The notes: a model not told the origin generated them from the sequence alone. A DNA stretch of 64,000 bases from a bacterium (GCA_963675755.2 CAXXMD010000003.1:1376001-1440000); one strand, 5' to 3'; positions 47,904 through 58,072 are shown, counted from the first letter of the stretch. A program made the numbers and translations.

Positions 47904-49169
47904 TTATTTCAAAAGAATCATTTTTTTAATATCAACAGACCGGTTATTGGTTTCCAGTTTATAAAAATAAACACCGCCCGGTAAGCTGCTGCCATTAAAT
48001 TGTACCGAATACTCTCCAGCTGATTGGTTTTGATCTACCAGAGTTTCTACCAATTGTCCCAATGCATTATAAACAGTCAATTTTACATGATTTTGTTCAT
48101 CAAGTGCATAAGTGATCTGGGTTCCGGGATTAAAAGGATTTGGATGATTCTGTGCCAGCCAAATGCTTTGTGGTCTCTTGACTGTAACAACCTGTACAGG
48201 TGAATAATCCGTTTGACCTTGTGGATTGGTAAAGCTCACGCGATACCGAACAGAGGTTTGGTCAGATGACAAGGTAGAAAGATCATCAGTAAAACTAAAA
48301 TTATCTACATTGCCTGGATCTCCAAAAACAGTACCAATGGTAACCCAGGTCTGATCGATTGCACGCTGAACGGTAAAGATCTCCTGCTCAGTAATAGGAG
48401 ATGTATGCCAGTTCATGGTCACTTTATCATGATCATATTTGGCATTAAATGAATAAACCAGTACCGGCAAGGGAGCGTCACCCAATACCCAGGTTGGGTC
48501 AGTTCCTTCAGCAGAACCTGTTTGGCCCAGTTGTCCATCATTATTGTTTGAAGATTCATCGTTTGTGGATTGGCCAGAACCTTCATCGAAATGATACAAA
48601 GTTGCCGTACTACCATCAGCAACAAAAGGTGAATTACTTGGTGTAAAATTTGAAGTATATATTGCCGTATTTGAAACACGTACTTCATCTATAACACCCT
48701 GAAATCCCCACGATACGGATTCATTATTTCCAACCTTTAAATTACCGGTTGGTGTAGAAGGTGCAGCACTACCCACTGCAGTACCGTTTCCATTGATGTA
48801 TAATGTCCAATTACCACCATTGCGCACAATAGCCAAATGTGTCCATGAACCCACGGATATCGTACCGGCATTTTGGAAAGAAGGTGCTCCAACATGTAAA
48901 CTGACATTACTGTTTGAACCATCAATTGTTATTCCATAACCGTTTGTACCTGTTGTACCATTATACAAAATGATCTGATTCGCGGCATTCGAACCAGCCC
49001 ATTTAACCCAGCACTCCAGCGTAACATTGTCTGTAGCTGTGGTTGCTACAGAGCCCCCAAAAACAACATTATCTACATCACCGGCAAAATTCAGTGCATA
49101 ACCGGATGTTTGCGCATTAATGCTGAATGCAAGGAGCATAATAAAAAGACTTGTAACTAACGATCTCAT
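47904..49169 (-). CDS. Secreted LamG/concanavalin-like protein with C-terminal sorting domain
   Basis: TLECWVK, WTHLAIV, LYING and F.G.IDEVRVS, then a PLPV linker and an HPNPFNP...GVYFY CTD. AGGAG precedes the ATG at 49169. Confidence 0.9.
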   Translation of the reverse strand: MRSLVTSLFIMLLAFSINAQTSGYALNFAGDVDNVVFGGSVATTATDNVTLECWVKWAGSNAANQIILYNGTTGTNGYGITIDGSNSNVSLHVGAPSFQNAGTISVGSWTHLAIVRNGGNWTLYINGNGTAVGSAAPSTPTGNLKVGNNESVSWGFQGVIDEVRVSNTAIYTSNFTPSNSPFVADGSTATLYHFDEGSGQSTNDESSNNNDGQLGQTGSAEGTDPTWVLGDAPLPVLVYSFNAKYDHDKVTMNWHTSPITEQEIFTVQRAIDQTWVTIGTVFGDPGNVDNFSFTDDLSTLSSDQTSVRYRVSFTNPQGQTDYSPVQVVTVKRPQSIWLAQNHPNPFNPGTQITYALDEQNHVKLTVYNALGQLVETLVDQNQSAGEYSVQFNGSSLPGGVYFYKLETNNRSVDIKKMILLK

Positions 49170-49305
49170 ATGCATCTCCTTTGGTTTATAAAAACTATCA
49201 TGGCTTACCAGAAAATAAATAATGGTCAACAGTGGAAATTGCTGAATTATATCTATATTTTCATCGAACTACAGAACAGCTTAATAGCTTAAACGCAAAA
49301 AACCA

Positions 49306-50358
49306 TCATTTAATTTCAATTAAATTGTCTTTTTTGGAAATAATATTCCCCACAATCCAGGCTTGTTCTCCCCTTTCCCCAAGAGCACTCAAAAATGCTT
49401 GCGCTCTGTTTTCATCAATTGCTATTAATAATCCTCCGGATGTTTGCGGATCATTTAGCAAATATTGATCGTTTAGATCCAAATTTGCTGCATAATTCAC
49501 ATTCGGTGCAACATACAAATGATTTGCTTTGGTCCCACCCGGAACAAATCCTTTCTGTGTTGTTTCAATCGCATCTTTTAGAATGGGCAAATTTTCATAT
49601 TCAAAACTGATACTAACATTGCTACCTTTTGCCATCTCTAACGCATGTCCTAAAAATCCGAATCCCGTAATATCAGTACAAGCATGCACACCACCCACAT
49701 TTTTACAACATTCGGCGGCATTTTTATTCAATCTGGCCATTTGTTCGGAGACCTTTTTAATCATTTCATCCGAACCTTTTCCTGCTTTTAACGCTGTAGT
49801 AATAGTTCCGGTTCCCAATGGTTTTGTTAAAATCAGAACATCTCCAGCTTTGGCACTACTATTGGTTAAAATATCTTTAGGATGGATTAGCCCCGTAACT
49901 GCCATTCCATATTTCAACTCATCATCCGAAATGGTATGCCCGCCAACAATGACCGTATTGGCTTCTCTGGCTTTTTCTGCTCCACCACGCAGAATTTCAC
50001 CCAAAACCTCCATGGGGAACGTATCTTTAGGAAACCCAACTATATTCAGAGCAGAGTATGGCACCCCACCCATGGCATAGACGTCACTTAATGAATTTGC
50101 AGCTGAAATCGCACCATACATATAAGGATCATCTACAATAGGCGTAAAAATATCCACGGTCTGCACCAATGCAATATCATCAGTTAATCTGACAATGCCA
50201 GCATCATCTGCAGTATTCAGTCCAACCAGGACCCGTTCATCTGTGAGGGGAGGCAGCTTTTCCAAAGCTGCGGCCAATTCATTTGGCGCCAGTTTAGACG
50301 CTCAACCCGCACACTTGACCGTTTCGGTCAATCGTTTTTCGATAAATTTATTGCTCAT
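49306..50358 (-). CDS. selD: Selenide,water dikinase with in-frame UGA selenocysteine (350 aa)
   Basis: The ATG at 50358 (GGAG RBS) reads MSNKFIEKRLTETVKCAG-UGA-ASKL and stays in frame with the 323-aa ORF. That ORF has DDAG, TVDIFTPIVDDP, SDVYAMGG, GGHT, TDITGFG and DPQTSGGLL. Confidence 0.95.
50268..50292 (-). promoter_or_regulatory. Candidate bacterial SECIS hairpin
   Basis: CTG-GC-GCCAA-ATGAA-TTGGC-CG-CAG begins 9 nt 3' of the UGA and has a G in its loop. Confidence 0.5.
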
Positions 50359-50663
50359 ATTTCTCCATAGGTGAATATCAAGATACATATTTTGCAGTAA
50401 ATCTCCTACAAATTTTCCAAGTTTTCAATTTTTAACGTTTTTTTATTGCATAAAAAAATAATAATAACTATATAATATTAAGATATTTATTAATAATTTT
50501 TAAAAATAAAATTTTTTTCTCTTTCCATTTTATCACTCAACTCAAGCTCTTTTTTGTAATCAACTTTTTACTGATATGGGGCTTTTGACAAGAAATTTAT
50601 CTTTTTAAAACATTGCAACCTATCTGTAAATCTGACGAAAAAAGAAATCTCTGCTATCCTCTC

Positions 50664-50692
50664 TTGCATTGAGCAGGAAAAAACATTATATT
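50664..50692 (+). promoter_or_regulatory. Candidate sigma-70 promoter for the symporter operon
   Basis: TTGCAT-N17-TATATT. The region is AT-rich, so alternative sites exist. Confidence 0.35.
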
Positions 50693-50862
50693 GAACATGT
50701 TGCGCTTGACAATTCCAGTTATACACTGATCAAAAATTGGCCCCCTCGCAACAAATTACACGTTAACCTCAAATAAAAGACAATCTCACTCGAGTTTAAA
50801 GTGCAGGTTAACCCAAAATTTTTAAATAAATTGTACAACTCTAAATCATAAAGGAAGAATAG

Positions 50863-52353
50863 ATGTTAAGTGGAATTGATTATTTTGTGGTTCTTTCCTA
50901 TCTGGTTGGAATCATGTTCCTGGGAATCTATTTTAAAAAGTTTGTGCATTCCTCAAGCGAATTTTTCCTTGCCGGAAGAACGCTGCCGTTTTGGGCAATT
51001 GGAATGTCCATTGTTGTGTCTGATATTGGCGCACTTGACTTTGTAGGTGTATCAGGACAAGCTTACCGTTTTGGTATTTCCGTAGGAAACTTTGACTGGA
51101 TCGGCTCTGTGCCTGCAATGCTACTCGCTGCACTGGTTTTTGTACCTTACTTTTGGAAAGCCGGTGTTTATACCATTCCCGAATATTTGGGCAGACGCTA
51201 TAACGATTCCGTACGGATGGTGGCAGCCATCACCTGGATCGTCTTTTTCGCGTTCAATCTGGGTGTATTGTTCTGGGCTACTGCAGTATTGCTGAAAACC
51301 CTTATGGGCTGGCCGGTTTGGGTGTCCATCATCCTGACTGCCGCTATTGTTGGTTTTTACACAACATCAGGAGGTCTTGCCGCTGTAATTATGACCGATG
51401 TAGTACAAATGATTATTATGTTTGTGGGTGGTTTTGCCCTTGTATTCTTGGGGATTCACCATATTGGTGGATGGGAAAATCTGGTTGAAAAAATTTCATC
51501 CATGGGACCGGAATACAAACATCATTTTGATCTCATACAACCGGTCGATACATCAACACCATTCCCCTGGACAGGTATTCTGTTTGGTTTAACCTTTGTT
51601 ATGGCAAATGCTTATATGATTGGTAACCAGACCATTGTACAACGATGCCTGTCTGCAAAAAACGAATGGCATGCTAAAATGAGTATGGTCTTTGGCGCGT
51701 TCTTCAAAATGTTTATTCCGTTTTTGGTACTTTTTCCAGGACTGTTGGCAATTGTTATGAATCCGGGTCTTGAAAACGGTGACGAAGCTTTTCCCATGCT
51801 GATCCGTACCCTTCTTCCTCCCGGTTTGAGCGGACTTTTATTTGCTGCGTTTATGGCTGGCCTAATGTCTTCTATTGATTCCATGCTGAATTCAACAGCA
51901 ACCTTGTGGACAAAAGACATTTACCAAAAATATATTAAAAAAGATGCTCACGATGACCACTATTTGATTGTTGGCCGGGTAACTACGGTAGCGATTCTGA
52001 TCTTTGGTGTAATAACTTCACCAGTAAGCAACGCTTTTCCTGGTATTTATGTAGCTATTCAAACCTTTTTATCCTTTTTCCAGGGACCGGTTTTCTCAAT
52101 CCTGTTCCTCGGTATTTTCTGGAAACGTACTACTCCCTGGGGCGCTTTTTCAGGTCTGGTTCTGGGTATTATGGTTTCCATTTCACTTTATGTGTTCAAG
52201 GCACAACTCTTTACCATTGAAGATCCATTCCTGTATGTTTCATGGTGGTCGTTTGTTGCCGGTTTTATAATCACATTTGTTGTAAGCCTGTTAACCAAAC
52301 CCAAATCGGATGAAGAATTGTCCGGACTGGTTTACAGATTAACTGTTAAATAA
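50863..52353 (+). CDS. Sodium:solute symporter (SGLT-like)
   Basis: EFFLAGR.LP.W, TIPEYL.RRY, GGL.AV..TD..Q, NQTIVQRCL.AK and A..MSS.DS.LNS.AT. Confidence 0.95.
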   Translation: MLSGIDYFVVLSYLVGIMFLGIYFKKFVHSSSEFFLAGRTLPFWAIGMSIVVSDIGALDFVGVSGQAYRFGISVGNFDWIGSVPAMLLAALVFVPYFWKAGVYTIPEYLGRRYNDSVRMVAAITWIVFFAFNLGVLFWATAVLLKTLMGWPVWVSIILTAAIVGFYTTSGGLAAVIMTDVVQMIIMFVGGFALVFLGIHHIGGWENLVEKISSMGPEYKHHFDLIQPVDTSTPFPWTGILFGLTFVMANAYMIGNQTIVQRCLSAKNEWHAKMSMVFGAFFKMFIPFLVLFPGLLAIVMNPGLENGDEAFPMLIRTLLPPGLSGLLFAAFMAGLMSSIDSMLNSTATLWTKDIYQKYIKKDAHDDHYLIVGRVTTVAILIFGVITSPVSNAFPGIYVAIQTFLSFFQGPVFSILFLGIFWKRTTPWGAFSGLVLGIMVSISLYVFKAQLFTIEDPFLYVSWWSFVAGFIITFVVSLLTKPKSDEELSGLVYRLTVK

Positions 52354-52370
52354 GAGAGGATGGAGAGAAT

Positions 52371-52580
52371 ATGTTGAATTTTGACTGGTTAACCGGGATC
52401 TCCATGCCCGTAGCCAAAATGATATTTCTGGGACTCTTTGTCTTTTTGGGAATTTTAGTTTTGTTGATCCCTAAAAGTTTTATTTATGAAGGCGTAGAAA
52501 ATCCGCGTTGGTTCCATAATATTAAAATATGGGCCATTGGCGATTTACTGTTCATTTTTATTGTTTATTTTATATTCTAA
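52371..52580 (+). CDS. Small two-TM membrane protein
   Basis: 69 aa with a GGAG RBS, directly after the symporter. Confidence 0.75.
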   Translation: MLNFDWLTGISMPVAKMIFLGLFVFLGILVLLIPKSFIYEGVENPRWFHNIKIWAIGDLLFIFIVYFIF

Positions 52581-52590
52581 GAGAGAGATT

Positions 52591-52821
52591 ATGGCAGAAT
52601 TATCCAAAGATATACAAGTTAAATTACAAAATGCCGAAATTTTACGTGCATTGGGTGTATTTTTAGGTGGGTTTGGATTGATTGTTTTATTTGCAATCTT
52701 TTTTACAGATACCCCTCAGGGTAAAATCACCAACCTGATAGCAGGGCTCATTTTAACCCTGTTTGGTCTGGGTATGATACTGAGGGGCTCACTGCAAATA
52801 AAAACATTCAAAAAAAATTAG
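52591..52821 (+). CDS. Small two-TM membrane protein
   Basis: ATG at 52591 after GAGAGAG. 76 aa with two hydrophobic helices. Confidence 0.7.
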   Translation: MAELSKDIQVKLQNAEILRALGVFLGGFGLIVLFAIFFTDTPQGKITNLIAGLILTLFGLGMILRGSLQIKTFKKN

Positions 52822-53840
52822 ACTTCTACCGGCATACCGGAGATTGAAGATCGATAGGCTGCTTCTACAATACGTACAACGGCTTGTCCTTCTTTGATCC
52901 CCGGAACCGGTATAATACGGTCCTTTACACACTCGACAAAATATGCCATCTGTTCAGTATAAATTGACTGATCACAATGTTCCTGCTTTGGAGGATCGAG
53001 TGGTGCCGGGGTAAATTCGCCGGGTGTTTCAGACAATTTTAATTTTACTTTTGTAGGAAACAGACTGGCATAACCTTTTTCACCAAACAATTGGGTGCCG
53101 GCCTCGGGACCATCCATATGTGGCTGCCACCAGCCACTTTCAATAATAGATACTGCACCTGTTTCCCATTCAATCCATAACAATCCTGAATCATCTACAT
53201 CATAATCGCCAAACCGTGTACTGATATTGGCAAAAACCCGTTTTGCTTTGGGCTCACCCAGCAAATACCTTACGGTATCAATTGCGTGCACACCCATATC
53301 AATCAATGCGCCGCCACCCGCCAGCTTTTTATTCACAAACCAGCCTTCGGGTCCCCAATTTTCATGGATTCCGTATCCCTTTGTTTTAAAAATGGGGCCC
53401 AGTTGTCCGGATTCAATCATATTTTTAATAAATTGAGCTTCTTTATCAAATCGCCACATGTGCCCTACAAGTACAATACCTTCATTCTCACGAGCAACTT
53501 TGTATATATCATCACACTCGGATGATGTCATGGTGGCCGGTTTTTCTATCAGTACATCTTTGCCCTGTTCAAGCGCCTTGATTGCATAAGGAGCATGATA
53601 CGCATTGGGAACACATAACACAACCGCATCAATATCTGAACGACTGAAAACCGCATCCGGATCTGTTACAACATCAGCTATTCCGTGACGTTCGGCAAAA
53701 TCCCGGGCTTTTTGTTCATCTATATCACAAACCACCGTCACTTCAGCATTGGGTTGAGCCAAAACACCACAGGTATGGTAATCGGCAATATAACCCGCAC
53801 CAATCACTCCAAACCGCAGGGTTTCTTCAACAGTTATCAT
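52818..53840 (-). CDS. Gfo/Idh/MocA family NAD(P)-dependent oxidoreductase
   Basis: GVIGAG.IA, P.AYH, EKP and GGG.LIDMGVH.ID. Coupled to the upstream gene by an ATGA overlap. Confidence 0.93.
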   Translation of the reverse strand: MITVEETLRFGVIGAGYIADYHTCGVLAQPNAEVTVVCDIDEQKARDFAERHGIADVVTDPDAVFSRSDIDAVVLCVPNAYHAPYAIKALEQGKDVLIEKPATMTSSECDDIYKVARENEGIVLVGHMWRFDKEAQFIKNMIESGQLGPIFKTKGYGIHENWGPEGWFVNKKLAGGGALIDMGVHAIDTVRYLLGEPKAKRVFANISTRFGDYDVDDSGLLWIEWETGAVSIIESGWWQPHMDGPEAGTQLFGEKGYASLFPTKVKLKLSETPGEFTPAPLDPPKQEHCDQSIYTEQMAYFVECVKDRIIPVPGIKEGQAVVRIVEAAYRSSISGMPVEV

Positions 53841-55111
53841 AATAATTCTTCCGCGTTTTTATAAATTTTTTCAATGGCTTCTGCCATCATATCCAAATCT
53901 GAACGATCACCATCCAGAATGGAAAAATGAAGACAAACAGATTCATTTTCAAATGCATTGGTAGCTACGGGCAAATCAAAACGTTTGGGATCAATTTCCT
54001 GCCAGTGCTGTTCGGTAATTTTGTATCGCCAGGGTTTGGTATGAGGGGTGTACAATTCACAATTATTCAGTGGATTATAGCAAGAGTCCACTTCATAACC
54101 CAACTCTTTACCCAGAGCTTCTCTGAATTTCTGCACGGAAAGCCCTTTAAACTCGTCACTGAAAAACCGGAACGCAAAGTTAAAATAGGCTTCCTGAGTT
54201 TCTCTTTCATCGCGGAACATGGGTTTAACGCCCGGCAATTTTTCCAACAGACTGTTTATATATTTAGCCTGTTCATCACGGGTTTTGGTTTGTTCAGGCA
54301 GTTTATAAACCTGTTCTAACAAAATGGCTGCCTGCAAATCAGTGATACGGTAATTACCGGATTGGATAAAATTCCCCTCGCTACCGTATACGTCTTCTTC
54401 TGCGGAGGCGCTGGAATCAGACTCGGGACGACGACCACAATTGCGCAGAGCATCCAGTTTTTCATACAATTCAAAATCGCTGGTAGTCAATGCGCCGCCT
54501 TCACCCGCTGTCATGAGCTTTGACAACTGGAAACTAAAACTGCCGATATGTCCAATACTACCTGCTTTTTTACCTTTCCATTCACCGCCATGCTTATGCG
54601 CGGCATCTTCCAGTACGTACAGATTGTGCTTGTTTGCAATATCCATAATTGCATCCATGTCTGCCATGCTGCCATATAAATGCACCGGAACAATCGCTTT
54701 GGTACGCGGCGTAATGGCTGCTTCAACCGCTTTGGGGTCGATACACCAGGTATCGGGAGTAACATCTACAATGATAGGAACAGCATTGTTATCCAGTACA
54801 CATGCTGCTGTGGCCTGCCAGGTGAGACCGGGAACAATCACTTCATCTCCCCAGCCAATACCCATGGCTTCTAATGCGAGCTGCAGGGTAACGGTACCGT
54901 TCACAGAACAAACAACATATTTGGAACCAATATACTCTGCAAACGCCTTGTTAAAGGCTGTTTCTTTGGGTCCGTTATAAGACCAAACTCCGCTGTGTAA
55001 AACCTCAAGCAGCGCTTTTTCTTCTTTATCATCCCATACCGGCCATTTGGGCCAGGGTTTGGTTTTTGTGTCTCTGACGGGAGAACCTCCCAGTATGGCT
55101 AATGCAGACAT
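53837..55111 (-). CDS. DegT/DnrJ/EryC1/StrS aminotransferase (RifK/BtrR-like)
   Basis: P.WP..D, NGT..L..AL, PVHLYG, EDAAH, SFQLSKLMTAGEGG and GNYR. AGGAG precedes the ATG at 55111. Confidence 0.92.
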   Translation of the reverse strand: MSALAILGGSPVRDTKTKPWPKWPVWDDKEEKALLEVLHSGVWSYNGPKETAFNKAFAEYIGSKYVVCSVNGTVTLQLALEAMGIGWGDEVIVPGLTWQATAACVLDNNAVPIIVDVTPDTWCIDPKAVEAAITPRTKAIVPVHLYGSMADMDAIMDIANKHNLYVLEDAAHKHGGEWKGKKAGSIGHIGSFSFQLSKLMTAGEGGALTTSDFELYEKLDALRNCGRRPESDSSASAEEDVYGSEGNFIQSGNYRITDLQAAILLEQVYKLPEQTKTRDEQAKYINSLLEKLPGVKPMFRDERETQEAYFNFAFRFFSDEFKGLSVQKFREALGKELGYEVDSCYNPLNNCELYTPHTKPWRYKITEQHWQEIDPKRFDLPVATNAFENESVCLHFSILDGDRSDLDMMAEAIEKIYKNAEELL

Positions 55112-55121
55112 ATCGTGCTCC

Positions 55122-57695
55122 TTATAATTGACATGTAGTCTCTTTAACATTCCAACCGGCAATATTCAATTTGCCAGGTACAATACTTACTTTATCCCCC
55201 AATGTTGCTGTTATTACCCGTGTTTCATGTGGTAAAACAGTTATGTAATTATCAAACCAGAATACCGGCAATATTTCTTCATCATTGCTACCTGTAATTT
55301 CCATTTCCATGAAAAAGGCAATGTCATTACCCTTGTTTTCCAATACAATGTTTACCTGACGGCTTTTATCATCATACCCGGCTTTGACGCTGATCTCTAC
55401 TATAGGCAACTCATTCAATGCCTTGTAATCTGCAAATTCCTTACTTGCGGTATAAAATGACCACAAACCATCTTTGGTATCATAATCCAATACATCGGAT
55501 TTGGATGACAGCCAGTACATATTGGGTGCCAATGACGATGCACCATCCTGCTGAATTCGCAGATCCAGCAGCACTACCGGATTGTCGAATGTTGGCAAGT
55601 CCAGTAATTTTTCCGAGCTGTCTGCCTTTAATGTTTGCGCAATTGTTTTTTCAAACAGAACGTTAGCTTTTAAATCGTATACTTTGACTGAAACAGTTAC
55701 CGGCTTTTCAGACAGAAAATCATTAATTCCATAAACCGCATGCTCTCCGTAATGATAAATCGCGTTCAAAGGACGGCAGCCCAGTCGGGTTGAATAGTAT
55801 GCCGCATTGGGACGTAAAGCATGGTCATACAATTGCCAGTACAGTTTGGGCCAGGCAGCGTTAAGCATCCATTGTACTACGCCGGTTGCCCTGCCCTTGT
55901 TGGCCTGAAACGCTTCAAACATGGGGCGCTGCAGCTCGTAATTCATCAACTGTGAACGCATAGAAAAGGATTCCAGGCTATCCGGTTTACCAAAGCGATG
56001 TTCCATGGCCCTGTTAAATCGGTCTAGATGACGGAACTCGTTCAAACCGCAATGGAATTCCCACACCTCATCAATAGGCCATTGATGTTCATCCGGCAGC
56101 ATTTCTTTCAGAGATTTCAATACCGGCGGCTGCTCTCCAGGTCCGGTTTCGGTGTTGAATCCATAGGCGCCGCCAAGTTTAGTATCGGTATACCAGTATA
56201 CCGGTGGTGTGTAGGCATAGGGTCCCAGCATTTTCACACGTGACGATCCGCTGATTTCGCTGACAATCTCGTGATCGGTTATAATACCCTGTTCACTTCC
56301 ATACCCGCCGGTAGAGTTGAGATAGGGTCTTGTGGTGTCATACTTTTCAAAAATCTTGACATATTCGCGTTCCAGATCGGGATGCGGATTTTTATCACTG
56401 GCCACTGCCCATACAAATATGGAAGGATGGTGACGCAGCCACAGCATTTGGTGCTGCCACGATTCTGCAATCAACGCAATATCTTCTTTGGATACGGGGC
56501 CACCATAGCGGTTGTCCACAGGTTTACCGAGATATTGTTCATGCTCCCAGTGACAACTCCAACCCACCATCATCAGGATGCCGTTTTCATCGCAGAGGTC
56601 ATATATTTTATGGTCTTTGCCCCAAAATCCTTCAAGGCGGATCGAGTTCAGGTTCATGTGCTTAACATATTCGATCTGGGTTTCCAGGTTTTCATCTGTC
56701 TCCATTAAAAACAGCTCGTCGGCCCAGCCACCGGAACGGATCAGTACTTTTTGTCCGTTTACCTTGTAACCGCGGTGCCCGCCCTCGTTTACATAGTCTT
56801 CAACGGTCCGGATTCCAAAACGGCTTGTATTTTGATCGGCAATTTGATTATCAATAATAAATTCAAGCTCCAGATCATAAAGATGGGGCTCGCCCAGATT
56901 TACCGGGTTCCACACACGGGGATTCTCAATCACCAATTCAGGACAAACGTTTGCCTTGAGGGACAAAAAAAGGTTTTCCCCGGCTTTCAAGGTAACATCC
57001 TGGCTAAAGGTTTTGTCTTCAATACGGCCTTTGAGTGTACCGCTTACCGGAGCGTCCGCGTAATTGGTCAGCTCGGCATTGACGGTCAATTCTGCCACAC
57101 TAAAATTGTCTTTGGGGAATACAGTCTCTACAAAGGGATGGTCGATTGCAACACGGTCGCAGGTTTTTAGAATAACCGGGCGAAACAGACCCATATTGTC
57201 ATCCGGGGCATAGGGGTTCCAGTCCACATACCCGATTGCGTAATCTCCCGGTTGGGGTTTAAATACTTCAACCGCCAGCACATTACTACCGGATACGGCC
57301 TGTTTGCTGACATCAAAGGTGAACTGACGATAGGTGCCATAGACAGTATCTTTGGTGACAACACATTCACCATTCAGCCAAATGTTTGCGCTGTGATTAA
57401 TGCCTTCAAAGGTCAGGGTTACGGTTTTACCGGCCTGATCTTCCGTCAGATCAAAAACGGTTCGGTACCACCAGGAGGTTTGAAACCGATCTTTGGGGAT
57501 CTCTTTGAGATTGGTGCCTTTGAACGGCTCTTTATATTCACCGGCATTAACCAGTGTGCCCATGACCGTACCGGGCATGAGGGCTTTGTAATCATTCGCA
57601 TTATCATATTGCTGCGAGGAAAAAGTCTCTGCATTTGCTGCATTTTCACTTGAAGAAAGGGTCCAGTTATCCAGTTTAATTGTGGGCATAAACAT
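55122..57695 (-). CDS. GH2 exo-beta-D-glucosaminidase-like glycoside hydrolase (CsxA-type), no signal peptide
   Basis: LN.IRLEG, HPS...W..ASD, KM.GPY.Y.PPVYWY, GGA..FNTET and WMLN..WP.L.WQLYD match CsxA-type motifs. The start is 57695 or 57689. Confidence 0.85.
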   Translation of the reverse strand: MFMPTIKLDNWTLSSSENAANAETFSSQQYDNANDYKALMPGTVMGTLVNAGEYKEPFKGTNLKEIPKDRFQTSWWYRTVFDLTEDQAGKTVTLTFEGINHSANIWLNGECVVTKDTVYGTYRQFTFDVSKQAVSGSNVLAVEVFKPQPGDYAIGYVDWNPYAPDDNMGLFRPVILKTCDRVAIDHPFVETVFPKDNFSVAELTVNAELTNYADAPVSGTLKGRIEDKTFSQDVTLKAGENLFLSLKANVCPELVIENPRVWNPVNLGEPHLYDLELEFIIDNQIADQNTSRFGIRTVEDYVNEGGHRGYKVNGQKVLIRSGGWADELFLMETDENLETQIEYVKHMNLNSIRLEGFWGKDHKIYDLCDENGILMMVGWSCHWEHEQYLGKPVDNRYGGPVSKEDIALIAESWQHQMLWLRHHPSIFVWAVASDKNPHPDLEREYVKIFEKYDTTRPYLNSTGGYGSEQGIITDHEIVSEISGSSRVKMLGPYAYTPPVYWYTDTKLGGAYGFNTETGPGEQPPVLKSLKEMLPDEHQWPIDEVWEFHCGLNEFRHLDRFNRAMEHRFGKPDSLESFSMRSQLMNYELQRPMFEAFQANKGRATGVVQWMLNAAWPKLYWQLYDHALRPNAAYYSTRLGCRPLNAIYHYGEHAVYGINDFLSEKPVTVSVKVYDLKANVLFEKTIAQTLKADSSEKLLDLPTFDNPVVLLDLRIQQDGASSLAPNMYWLSSKSDVLDYDTKDGLWSFYTASKEFADYKALNELPIVEISVKAGYDDKSRQVNIVLENKGNDIAFFMEMEITGSNDEEILPVFWFDNYITVLPHETRVITATLGDKVSIVPGKLNIAGWNVKETTCQL

Positions 57696-57800
57696 CAACT
57701 CTATTTTGAGATTCAGGTTTGGTGCGTCAAATATGCACAAACCAATTTAAGATGAATTAATTTTTACCAGAAGAGTGAATTCGGAACTATCAAGAATAGC

Positions 57801-57840
57801 AATATACATTCAAAACAGGCCAAAATCAACCCCTTTTGGC
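57801..57840 (-). promoter_or_regulatory. Candidate sigma-70 promoter with overlapping inverted repeat
   Basis: Minus strand TTGATT-N17-TATATT. GCCAAAA-N8-TTTTGGC (57819-57840) overlaps the -35. Confidence 0.4.
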
Positions 57841-57960
57841 TATTGTAATTGAATTTTCTATAAAAAGCGGCAAAATTGATCAGGTCAAGAACGATTCACT
57901 TTGGTTGGGCACGTGTGAGGGGAGATATACCCATATACAGTTTACCGCTCTGCTTAGTAC

Positions 57961-58008
57961 TGATCATGACAGAGATAATCTCTGTCACGATCATATTTTG
58001 AGTAAACA
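57961..58008 (+). repeat. Palindromic repeat; direct copy at 61374-61421
   Basis: TGATCATGACAGAGAT-A-ATCTCTGTCACGATCA plus a similar 3' tail. Confidence 0.9.
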
Positions 58009-58072
58009 TTAAGTTAGGCATGTTTTTCTTATTTATCTCTCTTTTGCTCAAAAAAATTGCATAAAATACTTG

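Noticed and set aside
50359-50862. tRNA-Sec or other ncRNA in the long gap beside selD
   Set aside because: The gap is very AT-rich with no cloverleaf. Only a short GTTAACCT...AGGTTAAC inverted repeat (50762-50812) is seen, which is too weak to call.
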